Assembly: GCA_903828955.1 (NCBI GenBank)
Contig: CAIKOA010000008.1
Span: 36,813-100,812 of the forward strand
Direction of reading: 5' to 3'
Origin: an uncultured Candidatus Micrarchaeota archaeon
GTDB lineage: Archaea > Micrarchaeota > Micrarchaeia > Anstonellales > Bilamarchaeaceae
DNA length: 64,000 bases
A program made the translations under genes and the position numbers. Below the pieces are notes generated by a model, which was not told the origin of the DNA, searched no databases, and was given only the letters and a program-made list of their open reading frames with translations. Below, one piece after another: positions 1-9,430 of the stretch (its first letter is position 1; each line of letters begins with the position of its first letter).

Positions 1-410
1 AGCACCGGGATGAAATCCCCCCCGCAGTCTTTCTTCATCTTCTCCATAAGGAGGTAGTTCTCCAGTTCCAGGTCGAAATAGCTTTCCTTGAGCGCATCAT
101 CATGGAGCCCCCTTACTGTTTCCAGGTATTCCAGCCTGTCCCCGATAAGCTGCCTCTCAGAATTCACGGTTTCCAGTTTCTCAGAGTAAATCGGGCAGAA
201 CGCAGTGGTATTCTCCTCCATAAGCAACATTATCCTGGAAAGGTAGAGATCCTGCTCAACAGTCCTCAATTCAGAATCCACGTTGGCTTTAGCGCTCTCA
301 TCAATGACCATCCCCACATAGATTCCAAGGGAAAAAATCGCAACTGTAACAACGAATGCAATAAGGTAAATATTGAGGCTCAGTTCCCGCTTTAATTTCT
401 CTATCGCCAT
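1..410 (-). CDS. Membrane-anchored hypothetical protein, runs off the window start
   Basis: Manual translation MAIEKLKRELSLNIYLIAFVVTVAIFSLGIYVG...FCPIY...KKDCGGDFIPV; one N-terminal TM; SD GGTGA upstream; open to position 1. Confidence 0.75.
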   Translation of the reverse strand, partial: MAIEKLKRELSLNIYLIAFVVTVAIFSLGIYVGMVIDESAKANVDSELRTVEQDLYLSRIMLLMEENTTAFCPIYSEKLETVNSERQLIGDRLEYLETVRGLHDDALKESYFDLELENYLLMEKMKKDCGGDFIPV

Positions 411-422
411 CTCTTCACCGGT

Positions 423-575
423 TTATTTCTTTGCGCGCTTTCTTGGTTTTCCCCTTTCCCTTTTAATTCCTGCGGTCAGCACCCCGGTTTCCCGCCCAAA
501 GAGGTCCGGCTCGCGCTTCTTAAGTTTCTTCTTGAAAATCTCCAATTCCGCATACACGTCCTTTATCTCAGCCAA
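423..575 (-). CDS. Small basic protein (50 aa, TTG start)
   Basis: MAEIKDVYAELEIFKKKLKKREPDLFG...RKRAKK; AGGTG SD; fills the gap between two co-oriented genes; below the ORF-track cutoff. Confidence 0.55.
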   Translation of the reverse strand: MAEIKDVYAELEIFKKKLKKREPDLFGRETGVLTAGIKRERGKPRKRAKK

Positions 576-584
576 ATCCCGCAC

Positions 585-827
585 CTATATTTTCTGCGCA
601 ACCGCAAAGCTCCTCTTCAGTTCGGTAATGCGTATGCGCACCACTTCGCCTTTCTGCCCGCCCTGCACAAATATCACAAATCCATCCTTTTTCGCAATCC
701 CGTCCCCCTTTCCGCCCACCGCATTGACCGTGACTTCAAACTCGTCCCCCATCTTCACGGGTTTTGGAAGTTCAGGAATAACCTTCCGCTGCGGCGCCGC
801 TCCTTCAGGCACTATCTGCTCGTCCAC
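585..827 (-). CDS. Single TRAM-domain RNA-binding protein
   Basis: PVKMGDEFEVTVNAVGGKGDGIAKKDGFVIFV...GEVVRIRI; GTG start inferred. Confidence 0.9.
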   Translation of the reverse strand: MDEQIVPEGAAPQRKVIPELPKPVKMGDEFEVTVNAVGGKGDGIAKKDGFVIFVQGGQKGEVVRIRITELKRSFAVAQKI

Positions 828-912
828 CTCATTCACCCTTCCCAAACTGCCTTCCAGGAGAAAACTTAAATATTTATACCCCCTCCCCCCAATAACGGAA
901 AAGGGTGTTCCT

Positions 913-1503
913 ATGTCTGGAGACGATGAAAAGAAAAGAAAGAGAGTATTTGATCCCTTCGGAAGGGACGACGACATCTTCAGCATGGGCTTTGGAAGCG
1001 AAATGGATGGCATGATGGAAAGAATGCGCGAGGATATGAAGCGCATGATGGAAGGGATGTCCATGCACCTGGATGACGATCAAATAAAGCGCCTTTCCCA
1101 GGACCGCAACGTCCGCGTTTACGGATACTCGATGCGCATGGGCCCTGATGGAAAGCCCCAAATAATGGAATTTGGGAATGTCTCCCCCACAAAAATGGAA
1201 AAGGGCAGGAAGATGCGCCCCCCTCAAGAGGGAGAGGAAGGCGAAGAGGAATCCAAAAAAGAACCCGGAGAGCGCGAGCCCCTCGTAGACATAATCCAGC
1301 AGAAGGACAAGCTCACCGTAATCGCAGAACTTCCCGGAGTCGCGGAAAAAGACATAAAGATAAACGCAAGCGGAAAAAACCTCGAAATCCGAGTGGATTC
1401 CGGCGAGAGAAAATACGCGCGCAAGCTCGAGCTCCCGCGTTCAGTCGACCCAAAGAAAATGCAGAAGAAATACAACAACGGGGTTCTGGAACTCAGTTTC
1501 TAA
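913..1503 (+). CDS. hsp20: Small heat-shock protein Hsp20
   Basis: VYGYSMRMGPDGKP, REPLVDI, AELPGV, YNNGVLE alpha-crystallin motifs; start inferred at ATG 913. Confidence 0.93.
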   Translation: MSGDDEKKRKRVFDPFGRDDDIFSMGFGSEMDGMMERMREDMKRMMEGMSMHLDDDQIKRLSQDRNVRVYGYSMRMGPDGKPQIMEFGNVSPTKMEKGRKMRPPQEGEEGEEESKKEPGEREPLVDIIQQKDKLTVIAELPGVAEKDIKINASGKNLEIRVDSGERKYARKLELPRSVDPKKMQKKYNNGVLELSF

Positions 1504-1524
1504 CGCAGCGGAAAAGGCGCAAGA

Positions 1525-1830
1525 TTATTCCAGCCCCAATTGCTTCTTCCCTTCTGCAGAAATCTTATCAGGGTTCCAGGGAGGGTCCCAGGCAAGCTGC
1601 ACGACCACTTCCTCAACCCCGTTTATTTTTCCAACCCTCTCCTCCACTTCCGAAACAATATACTGGAGAAGCGGGCACGCAGGAGTAGTGAAAGTCATCT
1701 TCACGGTTACCTTCTTCCCGTTTACCTTTACTCCATAAATCAAGCCAAGATCCACAATATTTATCCCAAGCTCTGGGTCCAACACACTCCGAAGTGAATC
1801 CAGCACATCCTTATCGGAAACCATGCTCAT
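1525..1830 (-). CDS. DUF59/SufT-like metal-sulfur cluster assembly factor
   Basis: VLDPELGINIVDLGLIY, TTPACPL, WDPPW; ATGA overlap with tbp. Confidence 0.93.
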   Translation of the reverse strand: MSMVSDKDVLDSLRSVLDPELGINIVDLGLIYGVKVNGKKVTVKMTFTTPACPLLQYIVSEVEERVGKINGVEEVVVQLAWDPPWNPDKISAEGKKQLGLE

Positions 1831-2399
1831 TTATGCTCCTTGGAAGCATAAGGCTTCAGAAGCCTCTTCGCCTTGAAGAGCGCAGCCTCGATGCTTTTCT
1901 CATCCCGGGACCCTGCGCAAATCACTTTCCCGTTCTTGAAAAGAAGAAGCGATGCTTTCGGGTCCCTGAATTTCAGAATCGCTCCCGGGAACTGCTCAGG
2001 CTCGTACTCCACATCCTCGACTTCATATGCAATTGTATAGAGGTCCAGGCTCATCCCTAAACTCGCAGAAGCAACGATGTTTGTAATTTCGAATTTCGGG
2101 TTCTTCTGCTTCTTGAATATCTTTTTTGCCTTTGGAGTAAGAAGCTTAAGCGTTCTAAAAAGCGTCTTCTCAATCGCGGCCTTTGTCTTGCACCCCACGC
2201 AAACAACCTTCCCGTTCTTGAAGAGAAGAAGGGTCGCTTTCGGGTCGTCAAACTTCAAAATCGCCCCAGGGAACTGCTCAGGCTCATATTCTATCCCGGG
2301 TATTTCGCTCGCAAGCAAAAAGAGGTCAAGCTCAAGCCCCAGGTTAGAAGAAGCAACCATGTTAGTAACTTTGTATTCAATTCCGCCTTTTGTAGGCAT
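1827..2399 (-). CDS. tbp: TATA-box binding protein
   Basis: Two repeats NxVAS...YEPEQFPG...LLFKNGKVxCxG. Confidence 0.97.
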   Translation of the reverse strand: MPTKGGIEYKVTNMVASSNLGLELDLFLLASEIPGIEYEPEQFPGAILKFDDPKATLLLFKNGKVVCVGCKTKAAIEKTLFRTLKLLTPKAKKIFKKQKNPKFEITNIVASASLGMSLDLYTIAYEVEDVEYEPEQFPGAILKFRDPKASLLLFKNGKVICAGSRDEKSIEAALFKAKRLLKPYASKEHK

Positions 2400-2543
2400 A
2401 ATTCCACCCTTTTTAAACTATAGACGAAAGCCTTTTAAAGGCTTTATAAATAAAGACATGTGCCCTAATTCTGGCATTTCCAGCCGGAGGGTTGGATAAG
2501 CATTTAAAAATGGGGCAGCATAAAATATTGAAAAGGTGGGAAA

Positions 2544-2819
2544 ATGAGACATTCGAAAGGGTTCCTTACGAAGAGGACCAGGAGCCTAAAAAAGAAAAGG
2601 ACCCTCACAGTCTGTGACAGGGTGCGCACGTTCAAGGTGGATGATCGGGTACTGATAAACGTAAAGCCCTACAGGGAAGGCATGCCCTCCCCGCGCTACA
2701 ACGGAAAGAGCGGCAGGATTGTAGAGCGGCGTGGAAATGCCTACGTAGTGCAAATCCAGGACGGAAGGATGGCAAAGACGCTGGTCGCTTCCCCGCTTCA
2801 CCTGAGGGTGCTCAAATGA
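2544..2819 (+). CDS. rpl21e: 50S ribosomal protein eL21
   Basis: SKGFLTKRTR, GMPSPRYNGKSG, PLHL; conserved rpl21e-rpo4-DUF655 order. Confidence 0.93.
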   Translation: MRHSKGFLTKRTRSLKKKRTLTVCDRVRTFKVDDRVLINVKPYREGMPSPRYNGKSGRIVERRGNAYVVQIQDGRMAKTLVASPLHLRVLK

Positions 2820-3142
2820 AGGTAATCTCCACTTCCCCGGTTCCCCTTTCCCTTGTGAAGGAGGTTCTTGAGAAGAGGGCAGAATCCGGCGAGGAGCTCG
2901 GCTACGAGCAGGCAAACGCGTTAGAGCACGCAAAGGAGTTCTCCAAGCTGGAATCCAAGAAAGTGCTCTCGCTTGCAGGAAAGCTCAGGAAGGCGGTTCC
3001 GCAGCTAAACGAGGACACTTCGGTGAAGCTTGCGGAGATTTCGCCCTCCACTCCCGCGCTGGTGCGCGCGATCGCGCTCTACCAGAAGGTTGAGCTCAAA
3101 GATGAAGAAGTGGCAGCAATACTCAAAACAATAACGGGGTAA
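2816..3142 (+). CDS. rpo4: RNA polymerase subunit Rpo4 (RpoF)
   Basis: ELGYEQANALEHAKEFSKL; HRDC-like C-terminus; synteny. Confidence 0.9.
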   Translation: MKVISTSPVPLSLVKEVLEKRAESGEELGYEQANALEHAKEFSKLESKKVLSLAGKLRKAVPQLNEDTSVKLAEISPSTPALVRAIALYQKVELKDEEVAAILKTITG

Positions 3143-3146
3143 ACGT

Positions 3147-3695
3147 ATGGAAGATTATGCCTGGGTGGTCGAATACATGTCGGCCGGAAAGGCCTCGGAC
3201 TCAAGGAAGGAATCCATTGTCCAGCTTGTGGGCCATAATTTTTTCACCCTCCTTGAGGCGAGCGTTAAGCCGAATGCGTCCATGGTGGTCGGCAACAAGG
3301 TATTCGTAGGCAAGGGGGAACGCAGCGAAATCGACAGAATAAAGGGAAGGATCGTATACACCCAGCTCACTAACGGCGCGCAGGAAATCCTGCCGACAGT
3401 CCTTCGCAGGATAATCGAAGAGCGCAGCGACCTCTTCCTGAACTTCATGAACAAGGCAGCGCCCATCTCAATGAGGGTGCACCAGCTTGACCTTCTTCCT
3501 GGGATAGGAAAAAGGAACATGGAGGAAATCCTCAAAGAGAGGGAAAAAGGCCCATTTGCTGATTTTGCAGACCTCAAGAAGAGGGTTCCGACCCTTGCAG
3601 ACCCTATCGGGATATTCGTGCACAGGATAGTCTCTGAATTGGAAGGCAAGGAGCGCTACTACTTATTCACGAAGCCGCCCCAGCGTGCATTCTGA
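3147..3695 (+). CDS. DUF655 family nucleic-acid-binding protein
   Basis: FFTLLE, HQLDLLPGIGK HhH motif, synteny. Confidence 0.92.
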   Translation: MEDYAWVVEYMSAGKASDSRKESIVQLVGHNFFTLLEASVKPNASMVVGNKVFVGKGERSEIDRIKGRIVYTQLTNGAQEILPTVLRRIIEERSDLFLNFMNKAAPISMRVHQLDLLPGIGKRNMEEILKEREKGPFADFADLKKRVPTLADPIGIFVHRIVSELEGKERYYLFTKPPQRAF

Positions 3696-3697
3696 TT

Positions 3698-3862
3698 CCA
3701 AACCGCGGAGGGGGAGCACCCCCTCCCCAGTTTTAGGTTAATCCTGACCCTCCCCCCAATCATGAGTATCATCCTCATGAAAAGCCCCAAGGATATGTTG
3801 TTGCGCTTGCGCGCCCCAGCATATCCCTCTCCAATCGGAGAAGGTTGCCGCGATTGCGGCAC
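3698..3862 (-). ncRNA. Multi-hairpin structured element / candidate ncRNA (family B copy 1)
   Basis: Five hairpins including GCGC-GCAA-GCGC and GGAGGGGG-UGCU-CCCCCUCC on the minus strand. Confidence 0.45.
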
Positions 3863-3904
3863 TCTTTAAATCAGTTTGCGTCAAATAAATGCTCACGCTT
3901 TCAA

Positions 3905-3977
3905 GAGCCCGTGGTCTAGCGGTCAAGACGCCAGCCTTACACGCTGGATATCCCCGGTTCGAATCCGGGCGGGCTCA
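3905..3977 (+). tRNA. tRNA-Val(UAC)
   Basis: Cloverleaf; CCAGC-CTTACAC-GCTGG anticodon arm; TTCGAAT T-loop. Confidence 0.97.
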
Positions 3978-3980
3978 TCT

Positions 3981-4118
3981 GCCCTTTCTTTTTGCAAAAA
4001 GAAAGGGCCGGTTCCCCCAAAGAAAAAGCATTATCGGATATTACTCTTAATTTCCTTTTGCAACTCTTTGTACATCTCCTGACGTCGCCCTCGCAACTCC
4101 TTGTGCATCTCCTTACGC
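3981..4118 (+). repeat. Dispersed repeat family A copy 1
   Basis: Palindrome CCCTTTCTTTTTGCAAAAAGAAAGGG, CAAAGAAAAAGCA, ATATTACT, 33-bp tandem ending CATCTCCTTACGC. Confidence 0.85.
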
Positions 4119-4228
4119 TTCTCATTCCTTGATAGTTATTCATAAAAAGTCATTAATAGCAACATTTATATACTTCAATTGAGTAATCATAATGCGGGAT
4201 CGCATTACGCACAAGCACGGTTGTTATT

Positions 4229-5269
4229 ATGGCAGTATTAATGGCAAAAAAGCATCAGCCAAAAAATAGCAGGCAGCCCAGCATGCATGCGGCCCCCAAA
4301 ATCATGGAGCCGGAAAGGCTAAAACCTTCCAAATCCCTGGATTACCGGAAGTTTGACGGCCAAATAATCTCCGTAATCGATTCAGCAATGATCGAAGGCG
4401 CCGGTGAACCACTGGTAAATGACAACACATATTTTTTCGATCCGGCAAGCGGAAAGTATGCGACTTCCAATTATTGGTTTAGAGCTTGCGTATTGCAGGC
4501 AATTATGAATTTCGAACAGCACATGTTTGGGAGGATCAGGCACCCGGAATATAAGGAAAGGTTAGGATTTGAGCTTGAGCATGCACATGAAACCTTGCAG
4601 AAAGAATTTTTACCAATTATCATGGAGGGCCGTCTCAAAATGAGCCTGCTTATAGATTCCCCCGGCGGGGATATCGAGATGTGTTACCTGTTTCAGGCCA
4701 TGGTTCATGATGTTCAAAAAAGAGGAGGCCATGTAGACGCGTACGTTGATACCAAAGCACATAGCGCGGGAGCGCGTTTGTTTCTACAATCCAACAGGAG
4801 ATTCGCGCATAGCGGGTCAGCCATGCTGATACATGACGCCTATGATGAAATAACTGGGGAAGACGTAAAAGATAGAACGTACGGCTCCCGTGTCCATACC
4901 CTAGAATTATTGGAGAAAGCATGCAATCCGCGTAAGATCTGGCAGCTTAGAACATACGACTTTGAGAGGAGGCTAGAAAACCTAGAGAGAATCCAGTCAG
5001 GAGATCCTTACGCAATCACAGGAAGACCTACGGATGTAGAATTTTCAGCCTCAGAACTGAAAGGCTTTGGCATCGCAAGAGTGCTTCCTGATTTAGATGC
5101 ACTGATGCAAATGTTCTTCCTGGAAACAGGGACCAATCCAGAGGAAATCAGGGACCAGATGCGTTTGATTCATTCATTGGGGAGGCCGGGGTTTAAAGAA
5201 AAACCGGAGCATATAGAACCAGTTGCACAATTCTACATCAATGCTTTGGAGCGCGAAGGCTCAGTCTAG
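4229..5269 (+). CDS. ClpP/S14-like serine protease domain protein (divergent)
   Basis: LLIDSPGG, AHSAG (Ser nucleophile), MLIH. Confidence 0.75.
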   Translation: MAVLMAKKHQPKNSRQPSMHAAPKIMEPERLKPSKSLDYRKFDGQIISVIDSAMIEGAGEPLVNDNTYFFDPASGKYATSNYWFRACVLQAIMNFEQHMFGRIRHPEYKERLGFELEHAHETLQKEFLPIIMEGRLKMSLLIDSPGGDIEMCYLFQAMVHDVQKRGGHVDAYVDTKAHSAGARLFLQSNRRFAHSGSAMLIHDAYDEITGEDVKDRTYGSRVHTLELLEKACNPRKIWQLRTYDFERRLENLERIQSGDPYAITGRPTDVEFSASELKGFGIARVLPDLDALMQMFFLETGTNPEEIRDQMRLIHSLGRPGFKEKPEHIEPVAQFYINALEREGSV

Positions 5270-5337
5270 AGGACATCCTTGCAATTTTTCCGAAAGCCGT
5301 TTAAAATGAAATAATTAATCCAATATCGGGAGTTTTT

Positions 5338-6753
5338 ATGGGAGAAAGCAAATTCGTTAACGACAAGATAGCGGAATTGGAAAAAGAATTGGAACTTCTC
5401 AAATCCACCCCCAGTGAAGAGGAATATTTCAGGAAAAGAAGCAGCGCCCGGGTAAAAATGCGCGCAGAGCAGATGATGGCCGCCAAGAACCAGGCTTTCG
5501 ACACCGTCGCCCTCTGGGGTCTATATGGAAAAGAAGACATAAAGCGCTACAAATGCTTCACCCTCCCCCTCTTCATGACAACCGCAGGCGGCTCTTACGA
5601 TAGCTTACTTGATGGCGCCCTCCTCCTCTCCTACCAAACCACAAACGACCCGAATAAGGTTTACAGCAGAATCGACAATGTAAACTCCGACCACCTCGCG
5701 TGGAAGTTCGCAGCCTTAGAAGGTTTAGGCTCCCCGGAACTCACCCAGGGCCTCTGCACCTCTTCCGGAATGTCTGCAATCCTCATGACCACAATGGCCT
5801 TCCTTGAGCCCGGTGACAACTTCGTTTCCTCCAACCGCGTTTACGGAGGCACGGAGCAGCTCTTCAACATCACTTACCCGAAATCCGGCTGGAAGGTTAA
5901 ATGGATTACCGAGCCCTGGGACCTTAGAAAATGGGAATCGAAAATAGATGAAAAAACCAAATTCCTATACGTTGAATCCCCGAGCAACCCAACCCTTTTC
6001 GTTGCAGATATTCCCGCGCTCGCAAAGCTTGCGCACTCGCACGGAATTCCGCTAATAGTCGATTCCACTTTAGCCAGCCCAGCGCTCATGCGCCCCCTTG
6101 AACACGGCGCAGACATCGTACTGCATTCCATCTCAAAGGTTTCCAATGGAAGCTGCAGGGCAATCGGCGGCGTAATAGTCGCCAAGGATAAGATCGTAAC
6201 CAAAAATCCCGCCATCGCGCAGGATTTCGTAAACAAATTAAAAGGAGGCCATTTCCGCAACATGGGCCCCTGCCTCTCCCCGTTCAATTCAATGCTGATT
6301 TGGGACGAAATGAGCACAATTAGGATTAGAATGAAGGAGCACTGCGAAAAGGCAATGAAGATTGCAAATTTCCTTAAAACCCACCCAATGATTGAGGCGG
6401 TCAATTACCCCGGGCTCCCCACCCACCCGCAACACGAAGTCGCAAAGAGGCTCATGAAGCTTCCCGACGGCACAAACGGCTACGGCTACCTTCTCTCATT
6501 CAACATAAAGGGAGGCCTGGAAAAAGCGAAGAAATTCGCAGAAGCATTCGATTTCGGAGTCCAGGTTACCCATCTGGGCGGAAGCTACACAGTCTGGGTA
6601 CACAACGCCACAACCACACATGCCCAGATGAGCTCCGAAGAAAGGAAATCCGCAGGAGTTCTCGACAACATGATCCGCTATTCCGTGGGGCTGGAAGGCG
6701 CGGATGACGCAATCAAGGCGCTGGAAAAGGCGCTGGACAAAATCAAGGATTAA
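5338..6753 (+). CDS. Cys/Met metabolism PLP enzyme (O-acetylhomoserine sulfhydrylase / cystathionine gamma-synthase family)
   Basis: YSRI, SSGMSAI, YGGT, ESPSNP, VDST, HSISK (PLP Lys), IRYSVGLE. Confidence 0.92.
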   Translation: MGESKFVNDKIAELEKELELLKSTPSEEEYFRKRSSARVKMRAEQMMAAKNQAFDTVALWGLYGKEDIKRYKCFTLPLFMTTAGGSYDSLLDGALLLSYQTTNDPNKVYSRIDNVNSDHLAWKFAALEGLGSPELTQGLCTSSGMSAILMTTMAFLEPGDNFVSSNRVYGGTEQLFNITYPKSGWKVKWITEPWDLRKWESKIDEKTKFLYVESPSNPTLFVADIPALAKLAHSHGIPLIVDSTLASPALMRPLEHGADIVLHSISKVSNGSCRAIGGVIVAKDKIVTKNPAIAQDFVNKLKGGHFRNMGPCLSPFNSMLIWDEMSTIRIRMKEHCEKAMKIANFLKTHPMIEAVNYPGLPTHPQHEVAKRLMKLPDGTNGYGYLLSFNIKGGLEKAKKFAEAFDFGVQVTHLGGSYTVWVHNATTTHAQMSSEERKSAGVLDNMIRYSVGLEGADDAIKALEKALDKIKD

Positions 6754-6764
6754 GCCTCCGCATC

Positions 6765-6834
6765 AGTACTATCCGATACTGTTTTTCTTTTGCGTCCTGC
6801 CAGACTTTTCTTTTTACAAAAAGAAAAGGGTGGC
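6765..6834 (-). repeat. Dispersed repeat family A copy 2
   Basis: Near-exact reverse complement of 9351-9410. Confidence 0.88.
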
Positions 6835-6873
6835 ATCCAATTCCTTTTTTAATTTACACTTCAATAGAGGAGC

Positions 6874-7548
6874 ATGTCAGTCGTAATATCTCTCGGCGGA
6901 AGCATGGTAAACGGAACAGGAATACCGGACGTGGAATTCCTGAAAAAATTCAAGTCCCTCCTTAAAGGAAAGGAAAAAGTCGCAATCGTAGTCGGAGGCG
7001 GAAAGGTCGCCCGCACCTATGTCGCAGCCGCATCAAATTTCTCAAAGAATTCGTACTGGAATGATGCGCTCGCAGTTGCAGGGACGCGCCTTAACGCGCA
7101 CCTGGTCGCCCGCGTTTTCGAAGAGGAAGCATCCCAACAGGTCTTCCACACATTTGAAGCAGCCGCTTCCTCCCTCTCAACCCACAGAATTGCAGTAATG
7201 GGAGGCACAATCCCCGGCATAACCACGGATACCGATTCAGTCCTGCTCGCAGAGGCAATCGGGGCAGACCGCCTCATAAACATAAGCAATGTGGACGGAG
7301 TTTACGATTCCGACCCGGCAAAGAACCCGAATGCAAAGATGTTCAAGTCCATGACGCACGCGCAGCTCATCGACCTTGCAAATTCCTCGGACAACCGCGC
7401 CCCCGGCACCCACTTCGTATTCGACATGGTTGCATGCAAACTCATTGCAAGAAGCGGCATAGAGCTCCATTTCGTAGGCGGAAAGAACATCGACGACCTC
7501 CCAAAGGCAATGGAAGGAAAAACCCACAGGGGAACCGTAATCAAGTAA
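6874..7548 (+). CDS. pyrH: UMP kinase (archaeal)
   Basis: ISLGGS, VVGGG, PGITTD, NVDGVYDSDP. Confidence 0.95.
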   Translation: MSVVISLGGSMVNGTGIPDVEFLKKFKSLLKGKEKVAIVVGGGKVARTYVAAASNFSKNSYWNDALAVAGTRLNAHLVARVFEEEASQQVFHTFEAAASSLSTHRIAVMGGTIPGITTDTDSVLLAEAIGADRLINISNVDGVYDSDPAKNPNAKMFKSMTHAQLIDLANSSDNRAPGTHFVFDMVACKLIARSGIELHFVGGKNIDDLPKAMEGKTHRGTVIK

Positions 7549-7593
7549 TCGGGAGCAAAATAAAAACGGGAAAATTAAAAAGAAAAAATTTCT

Positions 7594-8310
7594 TTATTTT
7601 GTCTTCACGAACTTGAGCACTTCCTTATCAGTCATTGTCGTGAATTTCGCATCTCCCTTATACGCATAAGCAATCTCAAGGTTCTCAGGCCCAATCTTGC
7701 CTTCGCTGTACTTCTTGAGCGCCTCAATCGCAACCCCTATTGCGGAATCCAGCTTCATCTCCGGGGTATAATTCGCCTCGAGGTATTCATCCACTTCCTT
7801 TTTCGAATTCCCAATCGAATCCCCGAAATAACCGGTCATTGCCCCGCTGGGTTCAGCCTCGAAGAGCTCCGGCCCATTTGGCCCGATTCCCGCAATAAGA
7901 AGGGATACTCCGAATGGGCGGATTCCCCCATACTGGGTGTAAAGCTGCATTATGTCGCAGACCCCCCTTGCAATTGATTCAGGGGAAGCCGGCTCGTTGT
8001 AGGTAAGCCTGTGCCTCTGCGCGTTGCCTCTCGCAACCTCGACAAGCTTCCTTGCATCCGCAATAAGCCCGCTTGCAGTTATGCAGATATTATCATCTAT
8101 CTCGAAAACCTTCTTCAATGAGTCCGGCACAATCAATTTTGAGTGGGTGCTCCGGTAGGCAATTAATGCAACCCCTTCCCTTGTGGCAACCCCCATCGCG
8201 GTTGCCCCCCTTTTCACTGCCTCTTTTGCATACTCGACCTGGAAAAGCCTTCCATCCGGGCTGAATACGGTAATTGCCCTGTCATAAGCTTGCGGTGTAA
8301 CTCCATACAT
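7594..8310 (-). CDS. psmA: Proteasome alpha subunit
   Basis: YDRAITVFSPDGRLFQVEYA; YTQYGGIRPFGVSLL. Confidence 0.98.
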   Translation of the reverse strand: MYGVTPQAYDRAITVFSPDGRLFQVEYAKEAVKRGATAMGVATREGVALIAYRSTHSKLIVPDSLKKVFEIDDNICITASGLIADARKLVEVARGNAQRHRLTYNEPASPESIARGVCDIMQLYTQYGGIRPFGVSLLIAGIGPNGPELFEAEPSGAMTGYFGDSIGNSKKEVDEYLEANYTPEMKLDSAIGVAIEALKKYSEGKIGPENLEIAYAYKGDAKFTTMTDKEVLKFVKTK

Positions 8311-8350
8311 AATAAAGCACCTCTTTGGTTAGGATTGGAATATAGGGTTT

Positions 8351-9199
8351 TTAAAGCTGCCCAGTATCCGCCTTCTTCTCCAGCATTCCCCCTATCCTCT
8401 TTGCAAGAAAAGCCAATGCCCTCGCCTTAGAAATCTCGACCGCAATAAAAGCAACCGTTGCAGCCGCCAGAAATGCCGCGGCATACCTGGGTTCAAGGCG
8501 CCCTTCAGCCATCCCCTTCAGGAAGGGAAGCCCGGACGCAACCCCTGCCCCCATGCATAATGATATCGTTGATACCGCCCAAAGCTCCGTTTTCCCTCCC
8601 TTCCGCTGCCGCTCAAGCACATCATCCGCCGTATCCCTGCCGAGCTCCCTCCTTAGCACTTTTGCGGATTTATCCGCAGCGAGCATGCTGCTCCGTATGA
8701 ATATGTTTCCCCCCTCCTTAAGTTTCTCCCCGGCCACGATTGCAAGGCCTGCAAGCGCCCTTTCCCGGATCCCCGGAGCCCCGTTTTTCGCAGCCCAGCG
8801 GAGGTATTCCTCTGCCCCTTCCTTCTCATCGACATTCTTATTGTGAAGTGCGGCATGCACGCAAAGTCCCACCCTTCTTTTTCCAAGATATTCCGAAACT
8901 CCGAGCGCGGATTCCCCGTTCCGCATTATAATTTTCTCAGTCGGGAAGAGCTCCTCCATCCCCCCATCCACTATCTGCCCCTTAAGCTTGCGCAGGCTGC
9001 TGCGGCTGGAAAAATCAGAAAGAAATGCAAGTTTCTTCAATGTATCAGAGTTTGCTCCGGCCCTTGTTGCAAACCTGAGGAGCTCCTTTCCCTCCCTTTT
9101 TTCGTCCGAATCCCAGTTCATAAATCTCCAGGAATTCAATCTCTTCCTTCTTTTCTCTGTTTTGTCCAGATAGTAAGAAAGTGTTCTGGCACTATGCAT
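8351..9199 (-). CDS. Hypothetical protein with two C-terminal TM helices
   Basis: 282-aa ORF with hydrophobic segments near the C-terminus. Confidence 0.7.
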   Translation of the reverse strand: MHSARTLSYYLDKTEKRRKRLNSWRFMNWDSDEKREGKELLRFATRAGANSDTLKKLAFLSDFSSRSSLRKLKGQIVDGGMEELFPTEKIIMRNGESALGVSEYLGKRRVGLCVHAALHNKNVDEKEGAEEYLRWAAKNGAPGIRERALAGLAIVAGEKLKEGGNIFIRSSMLAADKSAKVLRRELGRDTADDVLERQRKGGKTELWAVSTISLCMGAGVASGLPFLKGMAEGRLEPRYAAAFLAAATVAFIAVEISKARALAFLAKRIGGMLEKKADTGQL

Positions 9200-9350
9200 G
9201 CCACCTACGTATATGTGGTAAGTATTTTATTCTTATGTATATCCATCTATTTAGATAATCCCTGAAACGGCGAGCCAATTTTCAAATCACGCTATTGTAT
9301 TAAATTCCCCCTCCCCCATACTCCTTTCAGGCGACCAACATGAACTGGCC

Positions 9351-9430
9351 CACCACCCTTTTCTTTTTGTAAAAAGAAAAGTCTGGTGGGACGCAAAAGA
9401 AAAACAGTATGCAGGAATAAAGGTGGAGAT
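9351..9430 (+). repeat. Dispersed repeat family A copy 3, flanked by 11-bp direct repeat ATGAACTGGCC
   Basis: Direct repeats at 9340-9350 and 9431-9441. Confidence 0.85.

Noticed and set aside
373-912. N-terminal extension of the Hsp20 ORF
   Set aside because: Antisense to the TRAM and small basic genes; the real start is ATG 913
4060-4118. Possible CRISPR mini-array (also 25320-25400)
   Set aside because: Only two degenerate units, no regular unique spacers, no cas genes
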